Assembly: GCA_965261595.1 (NCBI GenBank)
Contig: CBDHDG010000002.1
Coordinates: forward strand, 64,001 to 128,000
DNA: 64,000 nt
Source: a bacterium
Lineage (GTDB): Bacteria > UBA8248 > JACPRG01 > G963555815
Reading direction: 5' to 3'
Of the stretch, positions 21,776-31,680 are shown one piece after another. A program made the translations under genes and the position numbers. The notes beneath the pieces are model-generated. The model did no database searches and was not told where the DNA came from. It was given only the letters and a program-made list of their open reading frames with translations. Within the stretch, counting starts at the first letter, position 1; each line of letters begins with the position of its first letter.

Positions 21776-23539
21776 ATGGGGCCGGGTCAAGGCGGGGGAA
21801 GGGGGGGGGGAGCGCCGGGTCGGACCGGCGCGGAATTCCTTGTGGAGTTCCTTCGTGAAAAGAAGGTGGACACCATTTTCGGGGCCGGCGGCTCCACCCT
21901 CATTTCGCTGACCGATGCCCTGCTGGACGCCCCCGACATCCGTTACATCCTCTCGACCCACGAGTTTTGCACGGTCGCTATGGCCGACGCGTACGCGCGC
22001 GCCTCGAACCGTCCGGGCGTGGCCGCCGTTCACGTGGGGCCGGGAACGATGAACGCCCTCGGCGCCATGTACAGCGCGCTTCGCGAGCGGTCGCCCGTCG
22101 TGATCCTGTGCGGGCAGCGGAGTACGCGAATACTCGGCCGGGACAGCCTCAACGAGGTCCGCGACCTCGCCGAGGTCCCCAGGGAATGCGTCAAGTGGAG
22201 CGTTCAGGTCGAGCGGCCGGATCGGTTGCCCGAGGTCCTGGACCGGGCCTTTCAGATCGCCCTCTCACCGCCCCAGGGGCCTGTTTTCATCTCTCTGCCG
22301 AAAGACGTGATGATGGGAGAAGTTCCCGAAGACGCGAGGCGGACCGGGCTCGGGGAGGAGGAGGGGGGGAAGGGGGAGGCGGTTCCCCGGCTCCGGGGGG
22401 ATCCGGGCCGGGTGAGGGAGGTGTCGGACAGGCTCCGGCGGGCCGCGCGGCCGCTCCTCCTGATGGGAAGCGGCGTCGCCCGAAGCCGGGCGTCGCGGGC
22501 CTTGGTCGGCGTGGCCGAGCGGGTCGGTGCGCCCATCGTGAGCGAGGTCCCCTTTTCGAGTCTCTGGGAATTCCCTACGGACCATCCGCTTTACCAGGGG
22601 GATTTCTCTCCCCGCTCGCCCCTCGTGTTGGAATGCGACCTGATCCTCTCGATCGGCGGGTCGGTCTTCCAGGAAAAGGATTTCACGCCGGAGACCGTCT
22701 TTCCGCCCGGCGTTCCGCTCCTCCAGATCCATCCGGACCCCTGGGAGATCGGCAAGATGTTTCCCGTGGAGGTCGCTGTCGTCGCGGATGAGCGGTCCGC
22801 CCTCGAGGACCTGGCGGCGCTGTTGGACGCGGACCCGATGGACGAAGAGAAGAAGGCCTCCCGGACCGCGGAATGCAGGGAACGCAAGGCGTCGGCCCGG
22901 GCGGCGCTCGAAGAGAAGGCCGAGCTTGGATGGGGGGAGGCGCCCCTCAAGGCCTGGCAGGTCGTTAAAGAGATCATGGACGTCGCCGGGCCGGACGCGA
23001 TCGTAATCGAGGAGTGCGTCACGGCGGCGGAGAGCGTCCGCGCTTTCGGAAACACGGGGACCCTCATCCCCGAGAACCGCGCTGGCCACCTGGGGTGGGG
23101 GGTCTCGGGCGCCATCGGGACGAAGCTCGCCCTCCCGGACCGCCCCGTCGTGGCCTTTCTCGGAGACGGCTCGTTCATGTTCGGCGTCCAGGGCGTGTGG
23201 ACGGCGGCCAAGTTCGGCGTCCCGGTCTTGTTCGTGGTCTTCCGGAATCGGGCGTATATGGTGGATCGCTCTCGCAAGGCGTTGGAGCGGGAGGTTTTTA
23301 TCGGGACCGACCTGGGCAATCCCGACATCCGCTTCGCGGAGCTCGGCCGGAGCCTCGGGGTGGATGGGTTCCGGGTGGAAGACCCCGCGGACCTACGGCC
23401 CACCGCCGAAAAGGCCCTCGCGAGCGGCCGGCCGGCCCTCATCGAGTGCGTCATGGAAGAGAAGAACGCGCGCCGGATCTTCGAGGATATTCAGTGGCAG
23501 CCCTGGCTGGCGATCCACTCATCCGGCGGGCCGGGCTGA
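21776..23539 (+). CDS. Thiamine-pyrophosphate-dependent enzyme (benzoylformate decarboxylase/ALS family)
   Basis: HEFCTVAMADAYARAS, GPVFISLPKD, GDGSFMFG...N TPP-binding motif. Confidence 0.88.
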   Translation: MGPGQGGGRGGGAPGRTGAEFLVEFLREKKVDTIFGAGGSTLISLTDALLDAPDIRYILSTHEFCTVAMADAYARASNRPGVAAVHVGPGTMNALGAMYSALRERSPVVILCGQRSTRILGRDSLNEVRDLAEVPRECVKWSVQVERPDRLPEVLDRAFQIALSPPQGPVFISLPKDVMMGEVPEDARRTGLGEEEGGKGEAVPRLRGDPGRVREVSDRLRRAARPLLLMGSGVARSRASRALVGVAERVGAPIVSEVPFSSLWEFPTDHPLYQGDFSPRSPLVLECDLILSIGGSVFQEKDFTPETVFPPGVPLLQIHPDPWEIGKMFPVEVAVVADERSALEDLAALLDADPMDEEKKASRTAECRERKASARAALEEKAELGWGEAPLKAWQVVKEIMDVAGPDAIVIEECVTAAESVRAFGNTGTLIPENRAGHLGWGVSGAIGTKLALPDRPVVAFLGDGSFMFGVQGVWTAAKFGVPVLFVVFRNRAYMVDRSRKALEREVFIGTDLGNPDIRFAELGRSLGVDGFRVEDPADLRPTAEKALASGRPALIECVMEEKNARRIFEDIQWQPWLAIHSSGGPG

Positions 23540-23616
23540 AGGAGGGAGAGAAGTTTTTGTCGTAAAGATCAGGGAGGGGGGGAGAACGTTCCATCATCGA
23601 ACGGAGGAGAGAGGCA

Positions 23617-24888
23617 TTGGAAAGGTCACTGGCCTTAACGGGCGCCCGGCTGATTGATGGCACGGGCCGGGAACCCATCGAGGACGCCTGCGTCCTGATT
23701 GAAGGCGGTGAGATCAAGGCGGCCGGCGGAAAGAGCGAGGTGCGGGTTCCGGACGGCGCGCGGGTGATCCAGGCCGGGGGGAAGACCGTCATGCCCGGCC
23801 TTGTGGATCCCGAAGTCCACCTGAGATCCGGCCCGCCCCCCACCGATGACGCCCCCCTGGAGACCCAGGCGCTCAAAGCCGCCTGCAACGCCGTCCGCAT
23901 TCTCCGGGCGGGGGTGACCACGATCGGGAACGCGGGCTTCGGCGAAAATACGGACGTCAGGATCCGGGACGCCATTGCCGATGGGATTGTCGCCGGGCCC
24001 CGGATTCTCGCATCGGGAAACCCCGTCCAGTGCACGGCGGGCCATGGCTTCATGCGCTCCCCGGGCGTCGCGGGACTTCGGGCCGATGGGGTCGAAGGCG
24101 TGCGCAAGGCCGTGCGCGCCCAGTTCGAGGCGGGCGTGGACTGGATCAAGATAAACGCCTCCGGCGGGATCGAGTGGATGGGCCAGTTGCCGATCCGGAA
24201 CTTTCCATCGTGGTTGAACTTTTCGTTGGCGGAGCTCCGGGCCATCGCGGAGGAGGCCCACGCCTTCGGCATGAAGGTCAACGCGCACGTCCAGTGCAAA
24301 GAAGGGATCAAGCGGTGCCTGGAGGCGGGAATTGACACCTTCGAGCACGGCTCAACCCTGGACGATGAAGACATCGAGAAAATGGTCACGCAGGAGACCT
24401 TCCTGCTGCCCACGTTCGCTCACTGCCGGATGATCCTCGAGAAGTTCGAAGCGGCGGGCGCGCCGGGGCGGGCCCTGGACATCGTGAAGCGGCACAACGA
24501 GGCCCATGCCCGAAGCTTCGAGATGGCGCGGAAGGCCGGGGTGAACTATGCCATGTGCTCGGATTCCGGGAGCAGCCCCGTCCACGGGGCCAACGCCATC
24601 GAGTTGGAGGAGCTGACGCGCCAGGGACTGTCTCCGCTGGAAGCCGTTCACGCGGCCACCGGCCGCGCCGCCGAGGCCCTGGGGCTTCAGGAGCATATCG
24701 GGACGCTGGAAGCGGGAAAACGGGCCGACCTGTTGCTGATCGACGGGTCTCCCCTGGAGGACATCCGGATTCTTCAGGACGCGGACCGGATGCTCATGGT
24801 GATCAAAGACGGAGAGATTGTTTGCGAGGGGGAGGGGGTGAGCGCCTCGCGGTGTCCGCCCCTTCAGGGCTGGCCCGCCGGGGACTGA
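23617..24888 (+). CDS. Amidohydrolase family protein (prolidase/imidazolonepropionase-like)
   Basis: GKTVMPGLVD, GVDWIK, VNAH, FEHG, CSDSG, GTLEAGKRADLL; TTG start. Confidence 0.88.
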   Translation: MERSLALTGARLIDGTGREPIEDACVLIEGGEIKAAGGKSEVRVPDGARVIQAGGKTVMPGLVDPEVHLRSGPPPTDDAPLETQALKAACNAVRILRAGVTTIGNAGFGENTDVRIRDAIADGIVAGPRILASGNPVQCTAGHGFMRSPGVAGLRADGVEGVRKAVRAQFEAGVDWIKINASGGIEWMGQLPIRNFPSWLNFSLAELRAIAEEAHAFGMKVNAHVQCKEGIKRCLEAGIDTFEHGSTLDDEDIEKMVTQETFLLPTFAHCRMILEKFEAAGAPGRALDIVKRHNEAHARSFEMARKAGVNYAMCSDSGSSPVHGANAIELEELTRQGLSPLEAVHAATGRAAEALGLQEHIGTLEAGKRADLLLIDGSPLEDIRILQDADRMLMVIKDGEIVCEGEGVSASRCPPLQGWPAGD

Positions 24889-25037
24889 CTAAGCCCCGGG
24901 CCGTTTTCAGACGTGCGCGTCTCACTGAATCCCCCCCCCTTCCCCTCCGCGTTATCGGCGGGGCCGGGGGTCTTTGAGAGAGCCCCCTCCATTCCCCCCC
25001 GTTGCGGCGGTTTCCCCAACCCGGAGGACGAGTGCGA

Positions 25038-26029
25038 ATGCCGGCCATTGACATGCACTGTCACTTCTTCCCGAAGGCGTACATCGCCGAAGCGCTCCGG
25101 GGGGAGGTGTACGGGGAGGGGGAGGCGGGCCGGGAAGCCGCGTGGAGGGGTCTGCTTCGCCACCGCGTGATGACCGATCCGGCGATGAGCGACGTGGACC
25201 TCCATCTGGAGGCCATGGAGGAGGCGGGGACTGAAATTCAGGTCCTTTCCGTCGTCGGTCCCAGCGTCTATTTTCAGGACCCGGAGCGCAGCCTTTCCCT
25301 GAGCCGTCTTTGCAACGAAACCCTTTCCGGCATTCGCCGAAACATCCGGATCGGTTTCGGGCGTTGGCCTCCGTCCCGATCCATTGCGGCGGCCGCGGTC
25401 TGGACGAGCTGGCCTACGCGTTGGATGACCTGGGGCTGGACGGCGTCCTGCTGGGTTCGAACATCCGCGGCCGCTACCTGGACAGCCCCGAGTTCGCTCC
25501 GTTTTTCGAGGAGGCCGATCGGCGGGGGCTTCTGGTTTTCGTCCACCCGATGGCCCCCCCGGCGGCGGACGTGATGGGAGAGTACAACATGCTGCCCATC
25601 GTGGGGTTCATTTTCGATACGACGCTTTCCGTGACCAGGCTGATCTTCTCCGGCGTCTTTGAGCGGTTTCCCCGGATTCGAATGGTCGTCGCCCACCTCG
25701 GGGCGGCCGTTCCCTACCTGATCGGCCGGATGGACCGGAATTATCATTTGCGGGAAGCCTGCCGGGAACACATCCCCCGCCTCCCGAGCCATTACCTGCG
25801 GCGGCTCTATCTGGACTCGATCGGGAGCGACCCGGAGGCCCTGGCATTCGCCGCCGGGAAGGTGGGCGCGGACCGGATCGTGTTTGGAACGGACTACCCG
25901 TTCGTCAAATCCATCGCCGAGGCCGAAGCGAACGTCCGGGAATCGGGACTGGAGAACGGGGTCTGTGAAGGGATCCTCAAAGGGAACGCCCTCGGCCTTT
26001 TGGGCGGCCTTGAAAGCAACGGGAAATAA
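25038..26029 (+). pseudogene. Amidohydrolase_2 (ACMSD-like decarboxylase/hydratase), frameshifted near 25340; may be a sequencing error
   Basis: IDMHCH in one frame; HPDRF, VFVHP, AHLG, FGTDYP in the next frame. Confidence 0.8.
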
Positions 26030-26258
26030 CCCTTCAATCCGTTTGATTGCGCCGTTTCGAATGTGAAAGGTCTACGCGCTCCGCGAGCCGGGTGGAGACG
26101 CCGGATTTCGTTGACAGTTATTGGGCCTTCTGTTAGCGCGATCGGCCTTCCGAAGGTGGAATCCTTGCATCCGGTAGGGTTCAGAAATCCGGGCGGAGCG
26201 TTCAAGATTTTCGCCCATGGGAAGCGCTTCGCGAATTTCGTTAAGGAGGGACAGTGTG

Positions 26259-27272
26259 ATGATGGCTGGAATGCTGAAGAGAAGTCTCAGGCGTGCGGCG
26301 GTTCTCGTCTTACTTTGGATGGGCGTTTTCTCCATCTCGACATTCACCCAGTGGGGATTCCCGCCGGAGGCGGAAGCGGCTGAATCCGTCACGGTCAGCA
26401 TGTCGTGGCTCTTCTCCGGACGGCACTCCTGGTATTTTGCCGCCATGGATAACGGATATTTCAAGAAAGAGAACCTGACGGTCAAGATCATCCGTGGATA
26501 TGGCGGGGGAGACACCGTGAAGAAACTCAGCACGGGCGCGTTCCAGGCCGCGGAGATTGATGCGGGCAATACGATCATCGCGCGATCGAGGGGCGCCAAG
26601 GTCAAGATGATCAGCGTCCATTTGATTAAGGCCCCCTTTGGGATATTCTCCCTCAAGCCCGCCGGCATTAAAAAGCCCCAAGACCTGCATGGCAAAACCA
26701 TCGGAGCCGGAAAGATCGACGCGATGCGCGTCCTGTTCCCGGCGTTTGCGAAAAAAGCGGGCATTGACGCCTCCAAGGTCACTTGGATGTCCATGATTCC
26801 CTCCGGCAAGGTGGGCGCCCTGAAGCGGAAGAAGTTGCATGCCATCACCGGGTACGTCGACTCCTTCGGCGGCGCGCTGATGGTCAAGGGTTTCAACTTC
26901 CAAATCCTCCGATTCGCCAACTATGGCTTTGACGTCCTTTCCAATGGAATCGTGACCACCGACAAGGTCATCGCGGACCGGTCGTCGATGCTGAAGAGTT
27001 TGACGGGGGCCGTGAATCGGGCAATCGTTTGGACAATGGCCAACCAGAAGGAAGCCGTCCGGATTATGTCCAAGCACCACCCCGAGTCGAACGCCAAGAT
27101 CTTCAGCAAGCAACTGGAAATCACCGCCGAGTTCATGGGTGACATCAACCGGCCTCATTTCGGACGAATCGATCGGGATCGGATGAAGGTCACCCGGGAT
27201 CTGTTGGTGAAGGCGATGAACCTGAAGCCAGTGGCCTTGGACGATATCTACACGAACCGGTTTGTCGATTAG
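26259..27272 (+). CDS. NMT1/THI5/SsuA-like ABC substrate-binding protein
   Basis: AAGGAGG RBS, signal peptide ending AEA, GYFKKENLTVKI, IKKPQDLHGKTIG, DDIYTNRFV. Confidence 0.85.
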   Translation: MMAGMLKRSLRRAAVLVLLWMGVFSISTFTQWGFPPEAEAAESVTVSMSWLFSGRHSWYFAAMDNGYFKKENLTVKIIRGYGGGDTVKKLSTGAFQAAEIDAGNTIIARSRGAKVKMISVHLIKAPFGIFSLKPAGIKKPQDLHGKTIGAGKIDAMRVLFPAFAKKAGIDASKVTWMSMIPSGKVGALKRKKLHAITGYVDSFGGALMVKGFNFQILRFANYGFDVLSNGIVTTDKVIADRSSMLKSLTGAVNRAIVWTMANQKEAVRIMSKHHPESNAKIFSKQLEITAEFMGDINRPHFGRIDRDRMKVTRDLLVKAMNLKPVALDDIYTNRFVD

Positions 27273-27408
27273 ACGGCCGCCGTTTTTCCATCGGCCGAAA
27301 ATCCGCTTCTTGCGCCCGCGGTGCGACGCCCCGGCGGGAAAGGCGCGTGTCCGCTCGGTTCTCCCAGGCGTCTCTCCGTGAACCCCTAGACTTCCCAGGC
27401 CACCGAAG

Positions 27409-29673
27409 ATGCCGACGCCACTGAAGGTCGGGACATCCACTCCCCGGTTTGACGCCTACCCGAAAGCGGAAGGGGCGCCGTTCTTCGGCGGGGACCTGGC
27501 GCCCGCGGGGTCTCTGATCGGCGGGGTCCTTCGGTGTCCGCACCCCTCGGCGGCGGTCCTCCGAATCGAGACGGGTCCCGCGAAGGAGGTGGCGGAGGCC
27601 GTCCTCACCGCCGCCGACATCCCCGGGTTGAACGCTCATGAAAACCGGTTCGGGCCGGACCAGCCGGTTCTGGCCGGGGACCGGGTGAGATTCCGGGGGC
27701 AGGCCGTGGCGCTGGTTGCGGCCAAGACCCGGCCGCTCGTCGAGGAGGCTCTCCGGCGAATCGAGGTTCGATACAAAACGCATCCGGCCGTCTTCGACCC
27801 CGCCGAGGCCATGCGCCCGGAGGCCCCCCCCGTCCACGAAGGCGGGAACGTCGCCCGCCATTGGTCGCTGCGCCGGGGGGACGTCGAGGAGGGTTTCCGC
27901 AAAGCCCGCCGGATTGTCGAGGATACGTACGAGACGCCGTTCGGCGAGCACGCCTTCCTCGAGCCCGAGGCCGGGTCCGCGTGGGTGGAGGCCGACGGGC
28001 GGATCACGGTCCGCCTCGCGACCCAACAGGTGGAGAATCACCGGGCGGTGGCGAAGGTCCTGGGCGTTGGCGCGGATCGGGTCCGCATCCTCGGGACGTT
28101 CGCCGGCGGGGCCTTCGGGGGGAAGGAAGATCCCTGCCTGGAGATCTACCTGACGCTGCTCGCCCGGGAGACGGGAAGGCCCGTTTCCATCACCCTCAGC
28201 CGCGAGGCCTCCTTTCTCGCCCACAGCAAGAAGCATCCTTTCCGGATGAAATACCGGATCGGGGCCGACGCCGAGGGGCGGTTGACCGCCCTGGAGGTCG
28301 AGATGATCGCCGACGTGGGCGCTCATCTCTATCTGAGTCCGATGATCACGCTGAACGCCACCCTCCTGGCCCAGGGGCCTTACCGGGTTCCCGCGGTCTC
28401 GGTGGAGACGTACGCCGTTTTCACGAACAACCTTCCGACGAGCACCATGCGCGGCGTCGGAATCACACAGGTCACCTTCGCCCTCGAGTCTCAGATGGAT
28501 GAGCTGGCGAGGGCGTCGGGGATCGACCCGCTGGAGTTCCGCCGCCGTAACTTTCTCCGCGCCGGGGACTTCATGGCCGCCGGCCAAAAGGTTGCGCGGC
28601 GCCTGCCGCTGGAGGAGACGGCGCGCCGGGCGTGGGAGGCCCTCGGTCCCGCTTCCGGATTCGACGGACGCGCCCGCAAGGTGCGCGTGGGCCGGGGGAT
28701 CGCCTCGAACCTCTCCGGTTACGCCAAGCCCGGACGCGCGGCCGAGGCCGAAGTCTCTTTGGACGCCCGGGGACGGGCCGTCGTCCGGACGAGCGCGACG
28801 GACCTGGGCTCCGGCCAGAGCGCCGCCTGGGTCCAGATTGTGGGCGATACGCTGGGCCTGGGTGAATCCGAGGTTGTTCTGGAGCCTCCGGACAGCGCGG
28901 CGTCTCCGTCGGCCGGGATCACGGCCGGGAGCATGCAGCTCACCAAGGCGGGCAACGCCGTTCTCCGGGCCGCCGCCGAGGTGCGCGGGCGCATCCTGCG
29001 GCGCGCGGCCGAGATGCTCGAGTCCGGAGAGGAGGACCTGATTCTGGAGGGAGGGGAAGTCCGGCACCGGGCCGCGCCGGAGCGGGCCGTCTCGTTGGCC
29101 GAAGTCGCGGCCGCCGAGGCCGGGAAGGGGAAGGGGGAGGGGGAGGGAGGAGAGATCTCCTCCCGGGCCGAATACGCCTTTCCCCCGGGGAGCTTCGACA
29201 AGGCCGGAACGTCGGATGGGAACGGCTGGCTGGATTACACGCCGGGAACCCACGCCGCCGAGGTGGCCGTGGATGAGGAAACCGGAGAAATCGTCGTTTT
29301 GAGGCTGGCCGCCTGCCACGACGTGGGCCGGGCTGTTCATCCCCAGACGGTCGAGGGACAACTCGAAGGCGGGGGTGTCATGGGATTGGGGTACGCCCTG
29401 ATGGAAGAAGTCGTTTTGGAAGAGGGGACGCTCAAGACCGAGAATTTGGAGCAGTTCCTCATCCCCACCGCCCTCGACGCACCGGAGGTCTTGCCCATTT
29501 TGTTGGAGTCCGGCGCCGGCATCGGCCCGTATGGCGCCCGGGGGATCGGGGAGCCTCCTTGCAACGTCCCCGCCGCCGCCGTGGCCAACGCCGTCCGGGA
29601 CGCTGTCGGGGCCCGCGTCACATCTTTGCCCATGACACCGGAGAAGGTGCTTCAGGCGATGCGGAAGGGGTAG
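27409..29673 (+). CDS. Xanthine dehydrogenase-family molybdopterin-binding subunit
   Basis: HAFLEPE, GGAFGGK, MRGVG, DLGSG, HDVGRAVHP..VEGQLEGG, GARGIGEPP. Confidence 0.92.
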   Translation: MPTPLKVGTSTPRFDAYPKAEGAPFFGGDLAPAGSLIGGVLRCPHPSAAVLRIETGPAKEVAEAVLTAADIPGLNAHENRFGPDQPVLAGDRVRFRGQAVALVAAKTRPLVEEALRRIEVRYKTHPAVFDPAEAMRPEAPPVHEGGNVARHWSLRRGDVEEGFRKARRIVEDTYETPFGEHAFLEPEAGSAWVEADGRITVRLATQQVENHRAVAKVLGVGADRVRILGTFAGGAFGGKEDPCLEIYLTLLARETGRPVSITLSREASFLAHSKKHPFRMKYRIGADAEGRLTALEVEMIADVGAHLYLSPMITLNATLLAQGPYRVPAVSVETYAVFTNNLPTSTMRGVGITQVTFALESQMDELARASGIDPLEFRRRNFLRAGDFMAAGQKVARRLPLEETARRAWEALGPASGFDGRARKVRVGRGIASNLSGYAKPGRAAEAEVSLDARGRAVVRTSATDLGSGQSAAWVQIVGDTLGLGESEVVLEPPDSAASPSAGITAGSMQLTKAGNAVLRAAAEVRGRILRRAAEMLESGEEDLILEGGEVRHRAAPERAVSLAEVAAAEAGKGKGEGEGGEISSRAEYAFPPGSFDKAGTSDGNGWLDYTPGTHAAEVAVDEETGEIVVLRLAACHDVGRAVHPQTVEGQLEGGGVMGLGYALMEEVVLEEGTLKTENLEQFLIPTALDAPEVLPILLESGAGIGPYGARGIGEPPCNVPAAAVANAVRDAVGARVTSLPMTPEKVLQAMRKG

Positions 29674-29753
29674 GATCGGCGGAGCGCGTTCCGGCCCTCA
29701 CAAGAGGATGCGGGTCCGGTCAAGAATTCGGTTGTGAAAGCGGAGACCAAGAG

Positions 29754-30470
29754 ATGTCGGACGTCCTGGAGCTGAGAGAAAAGCTGGTGACGTGCCTGAA
29801 GATCTTCGATCACGGAGGGCTTTTGGGGATGTACGGCCACGTCAGCGTCCGGCTGCCCGAGACAGAGGGGGAAGGGGGAGGAGGGGAGTTCCTCATCAAC
29901 CCCGGCGCGGGGTCCGACAAGTCCGCGCTTCGGCCCGAGGACCTGCTGCGTGTGGACTACCGGGGGGAAAAGCTGGAAGGAGAAGGGGGGCTCCCCATGG
30001 AGGTCGTCATGCACACCGCCGTTCATCGCCGGTATGAAGACGCCGTCGCCATCGCCCACCTCCATCCCCCTTGGGCCACGCTCTTTGCCATCGCCCGGAC
30101 GCCCATCCGGCCGGTGGTCCTCCACGGCGCCCTGTTCGGGGACGGGATTCCCGTCTACGACAAAGCGGAGTTCATCATCACCGAGGAGGAAGGCGAGGAC
30201 ATGGCCGAATTCCGGGGCGATCACCGTGTGATCCTCCTGAGGTGCCACGGCACGATTGGGGTGGGGGGATCGCTGGAGGAAGTCGTTTTCACATCGTTCA
30301 CGCTGGAAGAGAACGCCGAGATGCAGTATCGCGCGGCCTCCCTGGGTGAGCTGGACCCCATGCGCCCGCATGAAGTGGAGAAGATCCGTTCCTCTTTAGG
30401 ACAGGAGATCCGCTGGAAGAAGTTCTGGGACTACCATGCCGGCCTGCTTGAGAGCGGCGACTTCGCGTAA
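29754..30470 (+). CDS. Class II aldolase/adducin family protein
   Basis: GHVSVR, PMEVVMHTAVH, AIAHLHP, LLRCHG. Confidence 0.88.
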   Translation: MSDVLELREKLVTCLKIFDHGGLLGMYGHVSVRLPETEGEGGGGEFLINPGAGSDKSALRPEDLLRVDYRGEKLEGEGGLPMEVVMHTAVHRRYEDAVAIAHLHPPWATLFAIARTPIRPVVLHGALFGDGIPVYDKAEFIITEEEGEDMAEFRGDHRVILLRCHGTIGVGGSLEEVVFTSFTLEENAEMQYRAASLGELDPMRPHEVEKIRSSLGQEIRWKKFWDYHAGLLESGDFA

Positions 30471-30663
30471 AGGAGAAATGGGGGGGAGGGGAGGGGGGGG
30501 AGCAGTTCTTCATTTCAATACTTCCCCCCCCCCCATGTTTCAAAGGAGGCGGGCCGCTGCCCCTTCCCGGTTTGCGCGGGACGCTCATTGCCGGCCCCTG
30601 ACGCGCTTCCTATATAATCCTTCCAACGAGCAACCTCCGTCCCCTCAACGTGAAGCGTCAAGG

Positions 30664-31680
30664 ATGAGCCATTCCCCAGGTGAGGTTCCCGAGAAGTCTC
30701 CGGATGGGCAGCGGGCCGGATCCCCTCGAAACGGGGCGGGTTCCGAGCGCGAGACAGAGGTCCTCCGGAATATCCGCGTCGTCCTGGTCGATCCGCAATA
30801 CTCCGGCAACATCGGCTCCTCGGCCCGGGCGATGATGAACATGGGGATCACCGACCTGCGGCTGGTCTTCTCCGGCCCCCCCACCGACCATGTGAACGCC
30901 GAGGCCCGGAAGATGGCGATGGTCGCCAAGGACATGCTCTTCCGCGCACCGGTCTACGCGAGCCTGGCCGAAGCGGTCGCGGATTGCGTCCTGGTGGTCG
31001 GGACGACGCGGCGTCAGGGCAAGTTCCGTCACGTGACGGTCGCCGCCAAGGACATCGCCGGGCAAATCCTCCAATCGGCCCGGCGGCGCCCCGTGGCCCT
31101 GGTTTTCGGTCCGGAGAATTTCGGGCTTTCCAACGACCATCTGCGCTCCTGCCACGAGCTGACGTTCATCCCCGCCCATTCGGATTTCGGTTCTCTGAAT
31201 CTGGGGATGGCCGTCCTCATTCTTTGTTACGAGGTCTACCAGATCGCGAGGAGCGGCGCGGACCCCTCGGCCGCCCCCGCCCCCCCCGTCTCCTCCGCTT
31301 CCGTCGCCACCGCCGAAGAGCTGGCCGGGTTGTTCGGGCACATGAAGGACACCCTTCTGAGAATCAATTTCCTCGACAAACAGAACCCCGAGCGGATGAT
31401 GACGCACTTGAGGCGGCTGTTCTCCCGATCGGATCTGAGCTTCAAGGACGTGAAGGTTCTGCGGGGGATCTTCCGGCAGGTGAACTGGGCGCTGGGGGAG
31501 GGAGAGGGGAGGGGGGAGGGGGAGTTCAAGACCTCCGCCGACGATTTGGATATGGATGAAATCCCGGCCCCCCCGGCCGCCCAGGCTCCCCCGGCCGTCT
31601 CCGCTCTTGAAGAAGAGGAGAGGCCCACGGATGATTCCCGGAGGAGCTTCTTGAAAGACGGCTCCCCGGAGAAAAAATGA
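30664..31680 (+). CDS. trmJ: TrmJ/LasT-type SPOUT tRNA methyltransferase
   Basis: VVLVDPQYSGNIGSSARAMMNMG, LVFGPENFGLSN, SLNLGMAV..LCYE, LRRLFSR. Confidence 0.85.
   Translation: MSHSPGEVPEKSPDGQRAGSPRNGAGSERETEVLRNIRVVLVDPQYSGNIGSSARAMMNMGITDLRLVFSGPPTDHVNAEARKMAMVAKDMLFRAPVYASLAEAVADCVLVVGTTRRQGKFRHVTVAAKDIAGQILQSARRRPVALVFGPENFGLSNDHLRSCHELTFIPAHSDFGSLNLGMAVLILCYEVYQIARSGADPSAAPAPPVSSASVATAEELAGLFGHMKDTLLRINFLDKQNPERMMTHLRRLFSRSDLSFKDVKVLRGIFRQVNWALGEGEGRGEGEFKTSADDLDMDEIPAPPAAQAPPAVSALEEEERPTDDSRRSFLKDGSPEKK

Noticed and set aside
26030..26258. TPP or other riboswitch before the THI5-like binding protein
   Set aside because: Conserved TPP riboswitch motifs are not present; only a TTGACA hexamer is seen.
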